Assembly: GCF_006345805.1 (NCBI RefSeq)
Contig: NC_043008.1
Coordinates: 15,810,001 to 15,874,000, forward strand
Source: Octopus sinensis
Taxonomy: Eukaryota
DNA: 64,000 bases
Reading direction: 5' to 3'
The position numbers were made by a program, and so were the translations under genes. Of this stretch, positions 27,375 to 39,750 are shown one piece after another; within the stretch, counting starts at the first letter, position 1, and every line of letters starts with the position of its first letter. A model generated the notes under the pieces. The model was not told where the DNA came from. It did not search any database and worked only from the letters and a program-made list of their open reading frames with translations.

Positions 27375-28639
27375 ACTAACATGTATATGAAGGAGTATTG
27401 TGTTATACTACTACGTGTGACTTTTCAACTTCATCCTTTCAGCTAATGACCAGCTTCATTGATTAATTTTTTTGAGAACACATCTATTAGCATACATATG
27501 AAGTGCCCAAATATCAGGCAATATTCACTTCCAGGCGTTGCAATTCATATTACATATATCACTTTCACTTACTTTAAATATATATATATATGTTCTAGTT
27601 TTATTGAAAGGACTAGATTACCTTCGAATAAATTCTTTAGAATATTTTATTACATACTGGTCCAAATAACCGCACTTAGGAGACGTACTGTGAATACATT
27701 TTGTTCAGTGCAGTTCGATATAATACATGCAGAATGTATATATATATATATATTAAAATCTAGATCTATTCAAATGTTAATATTGATATTTTTTCTGGTC
27801 CATATAATGTTGAATTAACATTGTTGCAGTAAAGAGCACGTGTTGATGTGGTTGTATTTTGTCTTTAACAGAAATTAAGTACATTTCATTGGTTTTAGTT
27901 TACTAGAATTTTTCTTTTACTACTAGTCAGAGACAGTTATTATGTAAATATTTAAGTAATCATAAATAAATACAAACACTTGATATTCATGCAGTCATTC
28001 AAATAGCCTAGTGTGAAACTTTTACAGTGTAAAAATCGAATTGTATTATGATTGTCGTTGTTGCTGTTATGGTTGTTGTTATTAATATTATTATTGAAAC
28101 TCCTACACTGTGTGATCAAATTTTCTAAAACATCAGAAATATGTTATATGTATATATTTTAAATATAAAACAGTACCGACGAGTTTCAGTTTAAAAGAGC
28201 AAAAAACGAAAGTATATTCAGAGATATATGTTGTGGAATTTAACATTCATTAAGTTATTTATGCTTAGAAAATGGCGTTTCCGAAATATGATGCCTCTTA
28301 AAGACGCTGAAAAAGGATAGAAATGAAGGAAAAAGATAGATAAGAGTTTTATCTTTTGGGTAAATGTTTCATCTTCTTGTATGACATGTAAATGTAAAAT
28401 TCCATATTAAATAAGGATTCACATATATTAATAGAAACTAAATGAAGTGAACTGCAATCGAAGTTGCAAAGGTTTAAGGGGGTAGTTTTGAAAGAAATAC
28501 TGCTCTCCCTTTTCCCATTTTTTTGTACAAGAAAGTGATATTCCTATCTGTTAAAAATCTTTCTCAAAATTATGTTACTATATGGATTCGAACCATTCAT
28601 ATCGGTTTCATATTTTGGCATAAAGTTAGCAATTTCAGG

Positions 28640-28795
28640 GGACAGATCTAGTCCATTACATTGACCTCAGTACTCAACCGGTACTATTTTATCGATCTCG
28701 AAAGCATGAAAGACAAGATCAACCTCGACACAATTTGAACTCAGAACGTAAAGACGGATGGAATGCCGCTAAGCATTTTGCACAAGCCCACCTTG
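28640..28795 (-). mobile_element. SINE family B, diverged fragment
   Basis: atcgatctcgaaagcatgaaagacaag..aatttgaactcagaacgt matches the family B core in reverse. Confidence 0.65.
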
Positions 28796-29240
28796 TTATG
28801 AATTCGAACCATCCATATTCTCAATTAAATATAACATGCTCAGATCGCAGTTATAGCGAAGCTAATCAGACAGTGGATTGCTCTGGGTGCTAGATATCAT
28901 AAAAGAAAGCTTTGCTGTTTTCCTTTTATATGGAATAACTACAGACGGTCATATGTCCATTAGAATCTGACACATTTCATTCGCATATATTTACCATCAG
29001 AACACGAACGTCCTACTTCCAGCCACAATTATGACAACATGCATTAGGGTAGGGGTATCAGCTATGACGTTTACAAATCGATGACAATACAATAGCCGCA
29101 TTCAGTTTACACAGCTCACATATCTTCTATTTTCTCTGGACATAGTAACAGGTATCCAGCACCTTGATCATTGGTAATACAAAAGGATGCACATTTCGCA
29201 GTTATGGTATCGTTACAAGCTACTGCAGATTACAGCTTAC

Positions 29241-29301
29241 ACAAAATGCAACTTAATATACAGCCACAAACCAAAAGCCACTGAAGTTTACGTTTATCCA
29301 T
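29241..29301 (-). CDS. Candidate first coding exon encoding a signal peptide (MDKRKLQWLLVCGCILSCIL, phase 1)
   Basis: gggATGG context, basic n-region then hydrophobic h-region, followed immediately by donor GTAAGC; strong polypyrimidine acceptor upstream (AG at 29749-29750); unique, repeat-free sequence. Confidence 0.3.
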
Positions 29302-30544
29302 CCCTCTTCATCTTCGTCGTCTGAAAGGACTTTTCAGATGCCTGAAGTCAATATACCTAAAGCAATAAACCAGTTTCTGACAGTTCTTTAGATTATTTTG
29401 TTTTTTCATGTTGTTCCAACAGGAATCGTGATTTCTGAACTCCTTGGCCAATGCCATTTCTAAACATGAATCAATTAATTAATATTGATAGCCGAGGATT
29501 TACATAACGTAACTCTGCGAATGCATTTGTATACGTTGCTCTTTTGTACTAACATTTGCTGGTATTTTATACGATTTGAAATACTAGTTTATATTAAACA
29601 TGAACTTCTCTTTAATATTACATTGACCTACTAGCTTTATATCGCTTTGATCTACTGCTTCATAACAATTTAAACTGATGTTTTAAAACTCGTTCAAACG
29701 CTATTTTACATTCACCAGTAAAAACACCGCCACTTAGACCAGAGAGTTCTGTATAGTACAAATGAAAGCAAAAAAATCCAAAAAACAAGAAATAAACAAT
29801 TTGACATAAATAAATACAATTACTGCATATTTTGTGTTCACGAAAAAAGTCACTGCTATAGTCTGAACATGTATTTTTTTGTATGCATTGTTGTGTGATT
29901 TTATTTGCAAGCTTTGTATTTTTTCCAGTTGCATAACAGTCTATATAAATCAATGAAATTTTTTGCAAGGTACGTCGTCATTTAGTCCGATATATGCCGT
30001 CTGTGTTATAAAAAATAATTCCTAATGAAATATAAAAACATATATATTTATACGCATTTCGAAAGTAATATGTGCCTCGGTTATTGATTTGCTATTGTAT
30101 CATACTTTGTAGGAACAAATCATATATATATATATCCAAATATAAAGATATACCTACGCGTGTGTGTGAGAGAAAGACAGAGAGAGGGTAGCAGAGAAGG
30201 GGAGAGGAGAAAGAAAATATCTGTGGTAGCTATATATTCACTCGTGCTGTGTAAGAAAGCAGTATATATATTCGTTACTTCCACACCAAAGTTAAGTTTA
30301 CGTTTAGGAAACTTACAGAATTTATCACGATCACAATTTATCCAAAGATGTCTTCAGTTAACTAAAATACTAATCCTAAATATTAATTGATCGGTAAACG
30401 GGTAGAATCGATACTCGATTCCTGGTTAATTTTTACATAACACTTTGTCAACAATGGTCAATCTGCGAGGACTGAATTCATGAAGTACTCCCGAAAAGCC
30501 TCTAATTAAGAGACAAATCTTCCTGAGCTGTTCGGCAATTCGTA

Positions 30545-30856
30545 CTTCTTTCTGGCTTTAACCCCCCAACGCGGAGTATAGGCCACTTATAGTTTAATTC
30601 CATGTCGCATAATTCTCCGCTTCTGTACTTATACTCTGCGATGAATGTCCCTCTTTCTCTAGTTCCTTTTGTGTTGATCTACGCCACGAGTTCTTAGGCC
30701 TACCTTTTTTTCTATATCTATCGGGATTCCACTGTAAAGCACTTTTTGCTACATTTGGTGTGGCTTTTCTAATTGTGCTACTAATCCACTTCCACTTTTT
30801 CTTAAATATTTGCTCCCTAATCAAAACTTGATTTGTTCTTTGCCATAGCTCCATGT
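30545..30856 (-). pseudogene. RTE-group LINE ORF2 C-terminal relic
   Basis: ELWQRTNQ..KKKWKWI..ALQWNPD..RKKGRPKNSWRR matches the RWxWIGH..ALxWNPxGxRxRGRPKxTWRR motif. Confidence 0.75.
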
Positions 30857-31055
30857 TGTAGTATATTTAAAATTAGATGGCCCGAACACATAAGCAATTC
30901 GTACTATTGAAAGTTTAATGTGATTTAATCACGATATTTTTCTTTCAATTTGTCTGTACACTCGCACACACATGCATATACACGTGCTTGTGCGTGCACG
31001 CGTGAGGGTTTTATTGCATCGGTATAATGATGTCTGTATAATGTCGGTATAATGA

Positions 31056-31357
31056 AGGCGGCGAACTGGCAGAAACATTAGCACGCCGGGCGAGATGTTT
31101 AGCGGTATTTCGTCTGTCGTTACGTTGTGAGTTCAAATTCCGCCGAGGTCGACTTTACCTTTCATCCTTTTGGGGTCGATTAATTAAGTACCACTTACGC
31201 ACTGGGGTCGATGTAACCGACTTAATATCTATGTCTGTCCTTGTTTGTCCCCTCTATGTTTAGCCCCTTGTGGGTAATAAAAAAATAGGTATAATGATGT
31301 CTGTCCTCGTTTGTCCACTCTGTGTTTAGCCCCTTTTGGGTAGTAAAAAAATACGTA
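31056..31357 (+). mobile_element. SINE family B with duplicated 3' tail
   Basis: Full unit followed by a repeated tgtcc..tagcccct..gggtagtaaaaa tail; gtataatga on both flanks. Confidence 0.85.
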
Positions 31358-31650
31358 TAATGATGGACTCGGTCGCTCGCAACTCAAAGTGAATTACATG
31401 TATGTAACTTACGGCGCGAAACGTGTGACGTAGACTTGTAACAGCGAGGAGAGGCACACAACATTTCCCCCCTAGCGACTAACATATGACAACTTAGAAG
31501 AGGAAATACTGCACTGCTGCTATCCTGCTAATTTGTCCATCAAATACGAGAAGGCGGTGAAATAAATTCAACTCGACGGGATTTGAAAATAGAGTTCATG
31601 AAGCCGAGACAACATAGCCAATTGATTGTATGTCTGTATTTACACGTAAC

Positions 31651-31953
31651 TGGAGGCACATGACTAGTGGTTAGAGCAGCGGACTCGCGGTCGAGGGATC
31701 GCGGGCTCGAATCTCAGACCGGGCGATGTGTGTGTTTATGAGCGAAGCACCTAAGGTCCACGCGGCTCCGGCAGAAGGTAATGGTGAACTTCTGTTGACT
31801 CTTTCACCACAACTTTCTGTCACTCTTTCCTCCAGCATCTTGCAGCTCATCTGCAACGGACCGGCGTCCCATCCAGGTGGGGAACCTATACGCCAAGGAA
31901 ACCGGGAAACCGGCCGTATGAGCCAGGCATGGCTCGAGAAGGAACAAACAACA
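31651..31953 (+). mobile_element. SINE family C-related subfamily with a different 3' tail
   Basis: Head ggaggcacatgactagtggttagagcagcggactcgcggtc..tcgaatctc shared with family C; tail ggcgtcccatccagg..gaaaccggg..gagaaggaac differs. Confidence 0.75.
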
Positions 31954-32457
31954 TATATACGTAAAGACAGAACGCTCCTCCTGTGCTGTCTGAATGTATA
32001 CACGAACCATAGATCAACAAATACATGCACTAAATCCTCTTTGAATTGGTCGGATTCACTATTTCTCCATTCTATATTTTGCTTTTGAAACTATTTGTAT
32101 TCTGTTCAACACTAACATCCTGGAAAGCGTAGAAATTTGTTTGCAAATGTTGCTACCAACAGGATGTCTAATATTTTAGGTTAATGGACTAAGAAATGTT
32201 CATTTCACCGTTGTTATTATTTATTGAAAAACCCAAATTCAATGTAATATGAATCGTCTGAAAATGCATGTCGGATTCTCAATAAATCGAATTTGAGAAA
32301 TTGCAGATTTCAGTGAGAAATTCCAGATATGTTGCAAAAGCGACAGCGTAATTTTACAACAAAATGTCCTGGAAGATGTCTATATTTCGTCGTCTCAAAT
32401 ATCTTGGTTCATTTATCAGCTAAGTTTAGACTGTGAGTGGAAAATTTTACATTTTAC

Positions 32458-32520
<63 letters not shown>

Positions 32521-32525
<5 letters not shown>

Positions 32526-32720
32526 AAAAAGTAACGAGAATGGATCAATATATCGGTACAATTGTTTCGTACGAGGGCATCTTTATTAAGTTACAAAAAT
32601 TGCAGTAAATATAGGTGGCTCGTACTCTATTTACTGCAATTTTTGTAGCTTTATTAAAGATGTACTCGTACGAAACAATTGTACCGATATATTGATCCAT
32701 TCTTGTTGCTTTTCCCCTAT
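32521..32720. repeat. Fold-back hairpin (~95-bp arms) abutting (TA)n
   Basis: gaatggatcaatatatcggtacaattgtttcgtacgag mirrored by ctcgtacgaaacaattgtaccgatatattgatccattc; loop about 12 nt. Confidence 0.92.
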
Positions 32721-32853
32721 TTGTAATCACCCCACTTTGTCGTATGGTTAACACCATATAGATTTCCGGTGCATTCAAGTTAAGTACCAAATTCATGTGA
32801 ATTCATTAGAACTCACTTGAATCTCAATTGCTTAAACCGTATCTATCTATATA

Positions 32854-32897
<44 letters not shown>

Positions 32898-34014
32898 GCT
32901 TTTAGCCCCAGAAGATCATCGTCTCCAGCTGGCTTTAGGCACACTATCTGTGCCCTTATGGTGTTTGCAAAGGGAGGCCATCCCTTACATTGTCGAGCGG
33001 TTACTGTTTACATATCGCTCAGAGATTTAATAATGCAAGAAAATTATAGAAAAGAGTAAATGGAACAAACTGAAGAGAGACGCATAATCATATACGGTAA
33101 TCGCATATAGATATACTCAGTGGCTTTGAGTACGCCAGATGCCGCACTGACGAATGAAACATAGGCATATAAATAAAAGGAAGACACACAACTGCACCGA
33201 ATGTAGACGCTAAAGAGTATACATCAATTATATTATAGCTATTTTGATTATAATTATACAAACCGTGAATTATATCTTAACATTAAAATTATAATATATA
33301 ATTCATATACATATTAAAATACCCGCACTTGGAATGGGGAACAGCAGATCACCAGAGAAAACAAAACAACAGAATACAATATTCGGAAATGAAATGAAAA
33401 TAAATGAAGATGATCGAATAAATATATTAAACTGATAAAATAAATGAGAAGTTATAATTTACAGTATTGTCTATTGCTGATTCTGGCATCTACTGAACCA
33501 CAAAACCACCAGAAATATACGTTCATAAACGCATGCATACAAATATGAATTTCTGCACACCACACAGACACGCACGTATACGCTGATAAGTAATTATTAT
33601 AGACTTGGTTATGCACCTGCTATCTCCTGAATTCTATATTGTTTGTCTCCTTTGTTACACATTCGAGTGCATACCACCCTACACAGGTACACACACAGAC
33701 AGACAGACACACACACACACACACATACACACACAGATTTGTAATACTATAAATTATAATTATAATTAAGACAACAGAGAGAACATTGCCTATATATTAT
33801 AAGGTGTTGATTTAGAGTAGATGGACATTTAGCGTCTATTTTCAGCATATAAGTATGGTCCTCTCTGTGACCTTTATTATATCTGTATGTTATTCTATTT
33901 TAAATCGCTATACATGAATTTACCGAAGTAGGTCTGTTTTATATGCTGGCCGCTCATAAAATTTATAATGATTTTATCGTTTATTCTATGTATCTATATG
34001 TATATATAGATATG

Positions 34015-34083
<69 letters not shown>

Positions 34084-34150
34084 ATATTTATACATACATA
34101 TATATATATATATGTATATATATACACACACATATATATACATGCATACA

Positions 34151-34188
<38 letters not shown>

Positions 34189-34252
34189 CACATATATTTA
34201 TATACATACATACATATATAGATAAACATGCATGTATTACATATGTGAGAAA

Positions 34253-34550
34253 GGGCATGGCTAAATGGTTAGACCGTCGCGCTTACAAACACCAGGTTGA
34301 GAATTCAATTCTCGATCAGCGCAGTGTGATGTGTTCTTGAGCAAGACTCTTTATTTCACGTCGCTCCAGTCCAATCAGCTGCAGAAATATGTTGTGACTT
34401 CATTGGTGTATCTGCCTTCTCCTTTGCCTTGGACAACATACGTTGCGTGCAGAGGGAAGACTGGTGTGCGTGGGTGCTTGCTGTTCTTCCACAAAATAAC
34501 CTCTCTCGGACTTCTGCTTCGGTGGGGAGCATTGTTGGTGCACTAAGGGG
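34253..34550 (+). mobile_element. Old tRNA-derived SINE, diverged
   Basis: ggcatggctaaatggttag A-box-like, B-box-like ggttgagaattc, then tgtgttcttgagcaagactcttta core. Confidence 0.5.
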
Positions 34551-34937
34551 GCTTTAACCTATATATGTATGTAGGTATATGAAAATCCTATTAGATTATA
34601 TAGAGATAAAAAAATTCATTAAAATTCAATTTAAAGTTTATGAGAATGAAATGAAGAAGAGAGAAAACTATTAACTGAAAAAGTTATGGCCGAAATGCGT
34701 ATAAATTTACCATGTTGTTACAATGTTTAATTCCGAATACAGATTGTATATATTGATAAATATAATTAATTGTCTATAGCTTCCAATAAATGGGCAGTTG
34801 ATTTTGTAGACTATAAAAGTCTGCACTAAATATGCGTACACTTATATACTTTATTACTTAATTTACATACACAGACACAGACACAAACACACCACACACA
34901 CACACGTACACTCATGTGTATATTCCTATATATTTAT

Positions 34938-35011
<74 letters not shown>

Positions 35012-35034
35012 ATATATAATATATATATTATAGT

Positions 35035-35200
35035 TCAAAATTGCAGAAAAGTAATAGACGAAGACAGGTGTATGAACAACAAGCAAGTGTAATAGTTCGA
35101 TGCTCGGGGAACTGAGAAAGTATTTTACGTTTCGAGCCTACGCTCTTCATCAGAAAGGAATAAAAGAAAATAAGCAGTGAGAGAATGAAAAAGACTTGGG
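35035..35200 (-). mobile_element. Penelope-like pseudo-LTR fragment carrying a hammerhead motif
   Basis: Abuts (TA)n; contains the hammerhead core; homologous to 42645-42745. Confidence 0.55.
35123..35156 (-). ncRNA. Minimal type I hammerhead ribozyme motif (Penelope-type)
   Basis: Minus strand UUU-CUGAUGA-A-GAGC(GUAG)GCUC-GAAAC-GUA-AAA: intact core, 4-bp stem II, palindromic ACGU stem III, GUA cleavage triplet, 3-bp stem I. Confidence 0.6.
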
Positions 35201-35509
35201 GATTTAGTGATCGGGTTATATCGTAATGCTACAACGGCCACGTTACAAGTCTTTATTAAACATATCGCAGCCAGGGATGTGGTATGCACAGCATGAGATC
35301 ACATGGTATGTCACGCAGCGCTCAAATCTTGAGTTGTGTAACATTCTCCATTCATTGATCAAGTCTGTAGTAATTAAATATTTTGTCATTCCCTCTAACC
35401 AGTTTGTTACGTGCTTCATATGTTATGTCTCGCTCCTCTATGGATGCCTTTCCGTGAAATTTCCATACTTATCTACATACACATGTACATGATGGCCGTC
35501 CATTTCTGA

Positions 35510-36125
35510 GCGTCTACGACCATTGCTGACCATTAGGAATATTGGACGCTCTAAGACTAACTTATATTTTGAAATTGCGGCTTCATTGGTGACTAATGAG
35601 TCCTGCCCTTGTGAAGCATACACGGCTACAAACATTGCAAACTAAGCTTTCCACATCTACTACACTAACTGCGCGCTTTTGAGCAACATGCTTAAATTCA
35701 TCATGCAGAATACGTGCTCTCTCAAAGTTATCGACCCCCTTCTTAACCTATTTCCTCCATCTCTGACGATGACGGGAATTGCTCTCCCAGTCGGTCTCAT
35801 GCATATCACAGGCCTTTAATGAAGACTTGACACAGTCCTTAAATTGCATCCTTGGTTTCTGTCGGAGTCTCTTCTCGCTAAGAAGTTCCCCATATAGTTT
35901 CTGTTTAGGGATCCTCGTATCCTTTATTGGAATAAGGTGTCCACGTAACTGGTGCTTTTTGCCTCAATACTCAAGCTATCAGCTTTCCTCAGGATCTGTA
36001 TGTCTAGAGTTTTTAAGGTCCAGCCAACGCTCAGAATGTTTCTCAAACATCTCTATTGAAAGCATTCAAGAACGTTTACATGACATTTGTAAAGGGTCCA
36101 TGTCACACATAAATAGAGGAGCGAT
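35510..36125 (-). pseudogene. RTE-BovB-like LINE ORF2 3' relic with terminal C2H2 finger
   Basis: SLLYLCVTWTLY..RCLRNIL..DTRIPKQKLYGEL..FKDCVKSSLK..CNVCSRVCFTRAGLISHQ, with stops and frameshifts. Confidence 0.85.
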
Positions 36126-36324
36126 ACACACATACATACATACATACATACATACATACATACATACATACAACATACATACATACATACATACATACAT
36201 ACACACCTATATTTGCAATATTGCCATGCAATAGTAAGCATTTGGTTAAAAATACATATGTACACGTCCAGCAGTATATTGTATTTTTCATTTCCCTTGG
36301 ATTGTTTCTTAACCTCTAACTCAT

Positions 36325-36355
<31 letters not shown>

Positions 36356-37129
36356 CACATACACACTCACATATCTATATAATGGGGACAAATAATTATA
36401 AGTCGATTAGCGTGTTTAAATGTAGAGTATTGCATCGGCACATTTTGGGCTACATGTTGTCATCCGCAGTCATGGTACGCTTCGGTTGTATCTATTTCAG
36501 GAACTCCGCAGTGGCAGCTAGCGTAATATTATTAATTAAGAGGAGACGGACTCGGTATTTAATCTTTATTAGTTACAACGTATGTTTCGACCCATCTTAA
36601 ACAAACATGCCTCTTATTATCACATAGCCTTAGCTAAGGCTGGATAACGTAGGAATATCCTATACGCTCCTAGCAGTAGTAGTAGTAGTAGTAGTAGTAC
36701 TAATAATGATAATAACCCTAATAGCTCAATGAATAAAAGCATGAATAATTATTATTATAACCTTATCAAACACAACACTAACCACACGTATAAAGTTAAT
36801 AACCTAGATAATAGTATCACAAACATAAATAACAGGCTAACGAGACTTAGATACATAAGAACCAACTATGCGCTAGAGAAACGTAGCAAAAGGAAATATA
36901 AATATTTGATACCACAAAATCTCAACGCTACTCCAAACACCCGAACTAAATGCCCCAACAGGAAAGACAAAAGCCAGGACATCCTCGGGTATAACCCGAG
37001 TTAAAACCTATTGAAGTGTAACCATGAAACCTATGCTAAAGAAGAACCGTATTCGAATAACATGTATTTAGACATCTAGCTTTACAATGGAGCTATGTAT
37101 AAGTAAAATGTACCAATAAATACCACCAG

Positions 37130-38894
37130 ACATGATGAATAGACTGGGAAGAGGAATATTCCAGGGAGACACACTCTCTTCACTCCTTTTCTGCTTGGCA
37201 TCGGCACCTTTATCTCATATATTCAATAGAACTGGATGCGGATAAAACTGTTAGACACGTCTTATAATTGAATGAACTAAAAATGTACGCTACAAATGAT
37301 AAACAGCTGAAACCATTAATACAGACAGTACATGAATTTTCTAAAGAAATGAATATGAAATTTGGCTTAGAAATATGTGCCAAAGCAAACTTGAAAAAAG
37401 GAAAACTAGTTAAGAGTAGGAACATTACACTAGATAAAGCAAATGAAATAAGAGAATTAGACCAAAGCCAGACATATGATATTTAGGAGTCAATGAACTA
37501 CATATGATACAGCACACGCAAATGAAAGAGAAAATGGAAAAAGAATACTATAGACGAGTTAGATTAATACTGAAAACATAGGTCAAAGCGAAAAACAAGA
37601 TAATAGGTATCAACACTTTAGCCGCCCCAGTTATAAGTTACAGCTACAATATCCTTAACTGGACAACAAATGAACTAATCAAAATAAACCGGAAAATAAG
37701 AAACGTAATGACAGGATTTAGGAGGCATCACCCATAAACTGCCATAGAAATATTATATATACAATGTATAGAAGGTGGTAGAAGCATTATACAGCTAGAA
37801 AACTATTACAAAATAACCACAATAGGACTGCAAAAATACTTACTTCAGAAGATAGGAAAACTAATAAAATAGCCACAAAATACGAACAAAACAATACAAA
37901 AAGAACAGTATTCATCCTTTAAGGAAGCTGACAAATACAAACAGGAAGTCATAGTAACTAACTAATATTAAGAAAAAGAAGAAACAACAAAAACTGTAAA
38001 ACAAATGTAATCCATACTGAAACTAGAACAGCAACGGATCATAAAAAACAAAGGCAAGAAAAGCCCATTCATGGCAAATACCAGGCTAAACTAAACGCAA
38101 AAGAAACAGTCAAAACAAAATCCCAGCAACGACTGAGAAGTTGAGGACCCAAAGCAGAGACTGAAGGATTATTGAATACAGCACAAGACCAAATCCTCCC
38201 CACCAGAAATTACCAAAGCATATAATGAAAAGAAACATAACATAATATGTAAAGATGGACAAGAAACAATAAAGCATATTTCTCTGGCTGCCCAGTCCTG
38301 GCTAAGAATGAATATACTCACAGACACGACAGAGTTGGGACCTACATACACTGGAAGCTAAGCCAACACTATGGAATAACAATAGCAAAAAGATGCTATA
38401 GGCACACGCCAGAAATGGTCACAGAAAATAAGAAAGCAACAATACTATCGGATATGCCAATACGCACAGATAGAGAATTAAGGCCAATAGGCAAGATATA
38501 GTTGTCAGAGATGGTGAAGAAAAATTGCTTTCTACTTGATGTATCAATACCAACAGACGGCAAGACATAGAAATACAAAGACCTGGAAATAGAGGTAACT
38601 CGAATGTGGATTCTAAAAGCAGAAACAATTTCTATCATAGTGGGCGCAGTAGGTATGATAAAAAAATATTCAGACAAATACAAAATAAAAACACCAGGAC
38701 TAACACATATATATAACATACAGAAAATAGCACTACTGGGCACAGCAAACATCTTACGTAAAACACTTTCAATGCAGTAACAATACGAACATCACAGCAA
38801 GCCACAGTGCGTACCCAAGGGACACAGAGCTGCGCTCGGTAGTGCAGTGAAAGTAAGTTATAAAAATAAGGCTACTGAACAACAACAACAATAA

Positions 38895-38937
<43 letters not shown>

Positions 38938-38950
38938 AATAATAGTAACA
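37130..38950 (+). mobile_element. R4/Dong-type non-LTR retrotransposon relic (RT + CCHC + restriction-like endonuclease), 5'-truncated
   Basis: RGIFQGDTLSSLLFCL, degraded YMDD region, MKFGLEICAK, CKDGQETIKH, ANRQDIVV..LLDVSIP, KYKDLEIEV, ends ILRKTLSMQ* at 38780, ~100-bp 3' UTR, (AAT)n tail. Confidence 0.85.
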
Positions 38951-39136
38951 ACAAACGAATTAGACCTTGATATTTAGAGAGACAGAGAATTAATTATAAA
39001 TGTGTATAATTTAGAACAAACAGTAACAGTATGTTATTATAGTACTCGAAGTTTCGAATGTATCGCAGCTCTTCCCTCTGTCATTTGAAACACCGGGTAC
39101 TATAATGATACCCTTTTAGCGTTTGTTTTAAATTAT

Positions 39137-39178
<42 letters not shown>

Positions 39179-39473
39179 ACACACACACCAATATCGTCAG
39201 AAAATTATAAATCCGAAGCCATCGGACCGTCCCTATATTTCAGGAGTTTCCTACACAAGTACTGGTACCCACAGTCCAACTGGGGCCGATTGCGGATAGC
39301 AGTTTTAAGGAGACTATCCCTTGCGCATAGCCCTTCTACTTTGCCCGTGTGCTCAACAGTAGGCATGTGATTTGAAGAGAGGCTGTAAATATGGGCGCTT
39401 TATGGACGTGGAACCCTGGGTACCCAATCGATTGGGTATAATTAAGATTTTCTTATATATCTATATATATATA

Positions 39474-39689
39474 ATCGGTGAGCTGGCAGAAACGTTAGCG
39501 TGCCGGGCGAAATGCGTAGCCGTATTTCAACTGTCGTTACGTTCCGAGTTCAAATTCCGCCGAGGTCGACTTAGCCTTTCATCCTTTCGGGGTCGATAAA
39601 TTAAGTACCAGTTACGCACTGAGGTCGATGTAATCGACTTAATCCGTTTGTCCCCTCTGTGTTTAGCTCCTTGTGGGTAGTAAAGAAAC
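39474..39689 (+). mobile_element. SINE family B
   Basis: gagctggcagaaacgttagc..gagttcaaattccgccgaggtcgac..gggtagtaaagaaa. Confidence 0.85.
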
Positions 39690-39709
39690 ATATATATATA
39701 TACGCGTGC

Positions 39710-39750
<41 letters not shown>

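Noticed and set aside
33146-33165. CTGACGA..GAAAC hammerhead-like words
   Set aside because: No room for stem II (2 nt) and no stem I or III
36729-37004. 91-aa N/K-rich ORF upstream of the R4/Dong relic
   Set aside because: Low complexity; may be a retroelement N-terminal remnant but has no diagnostic motif
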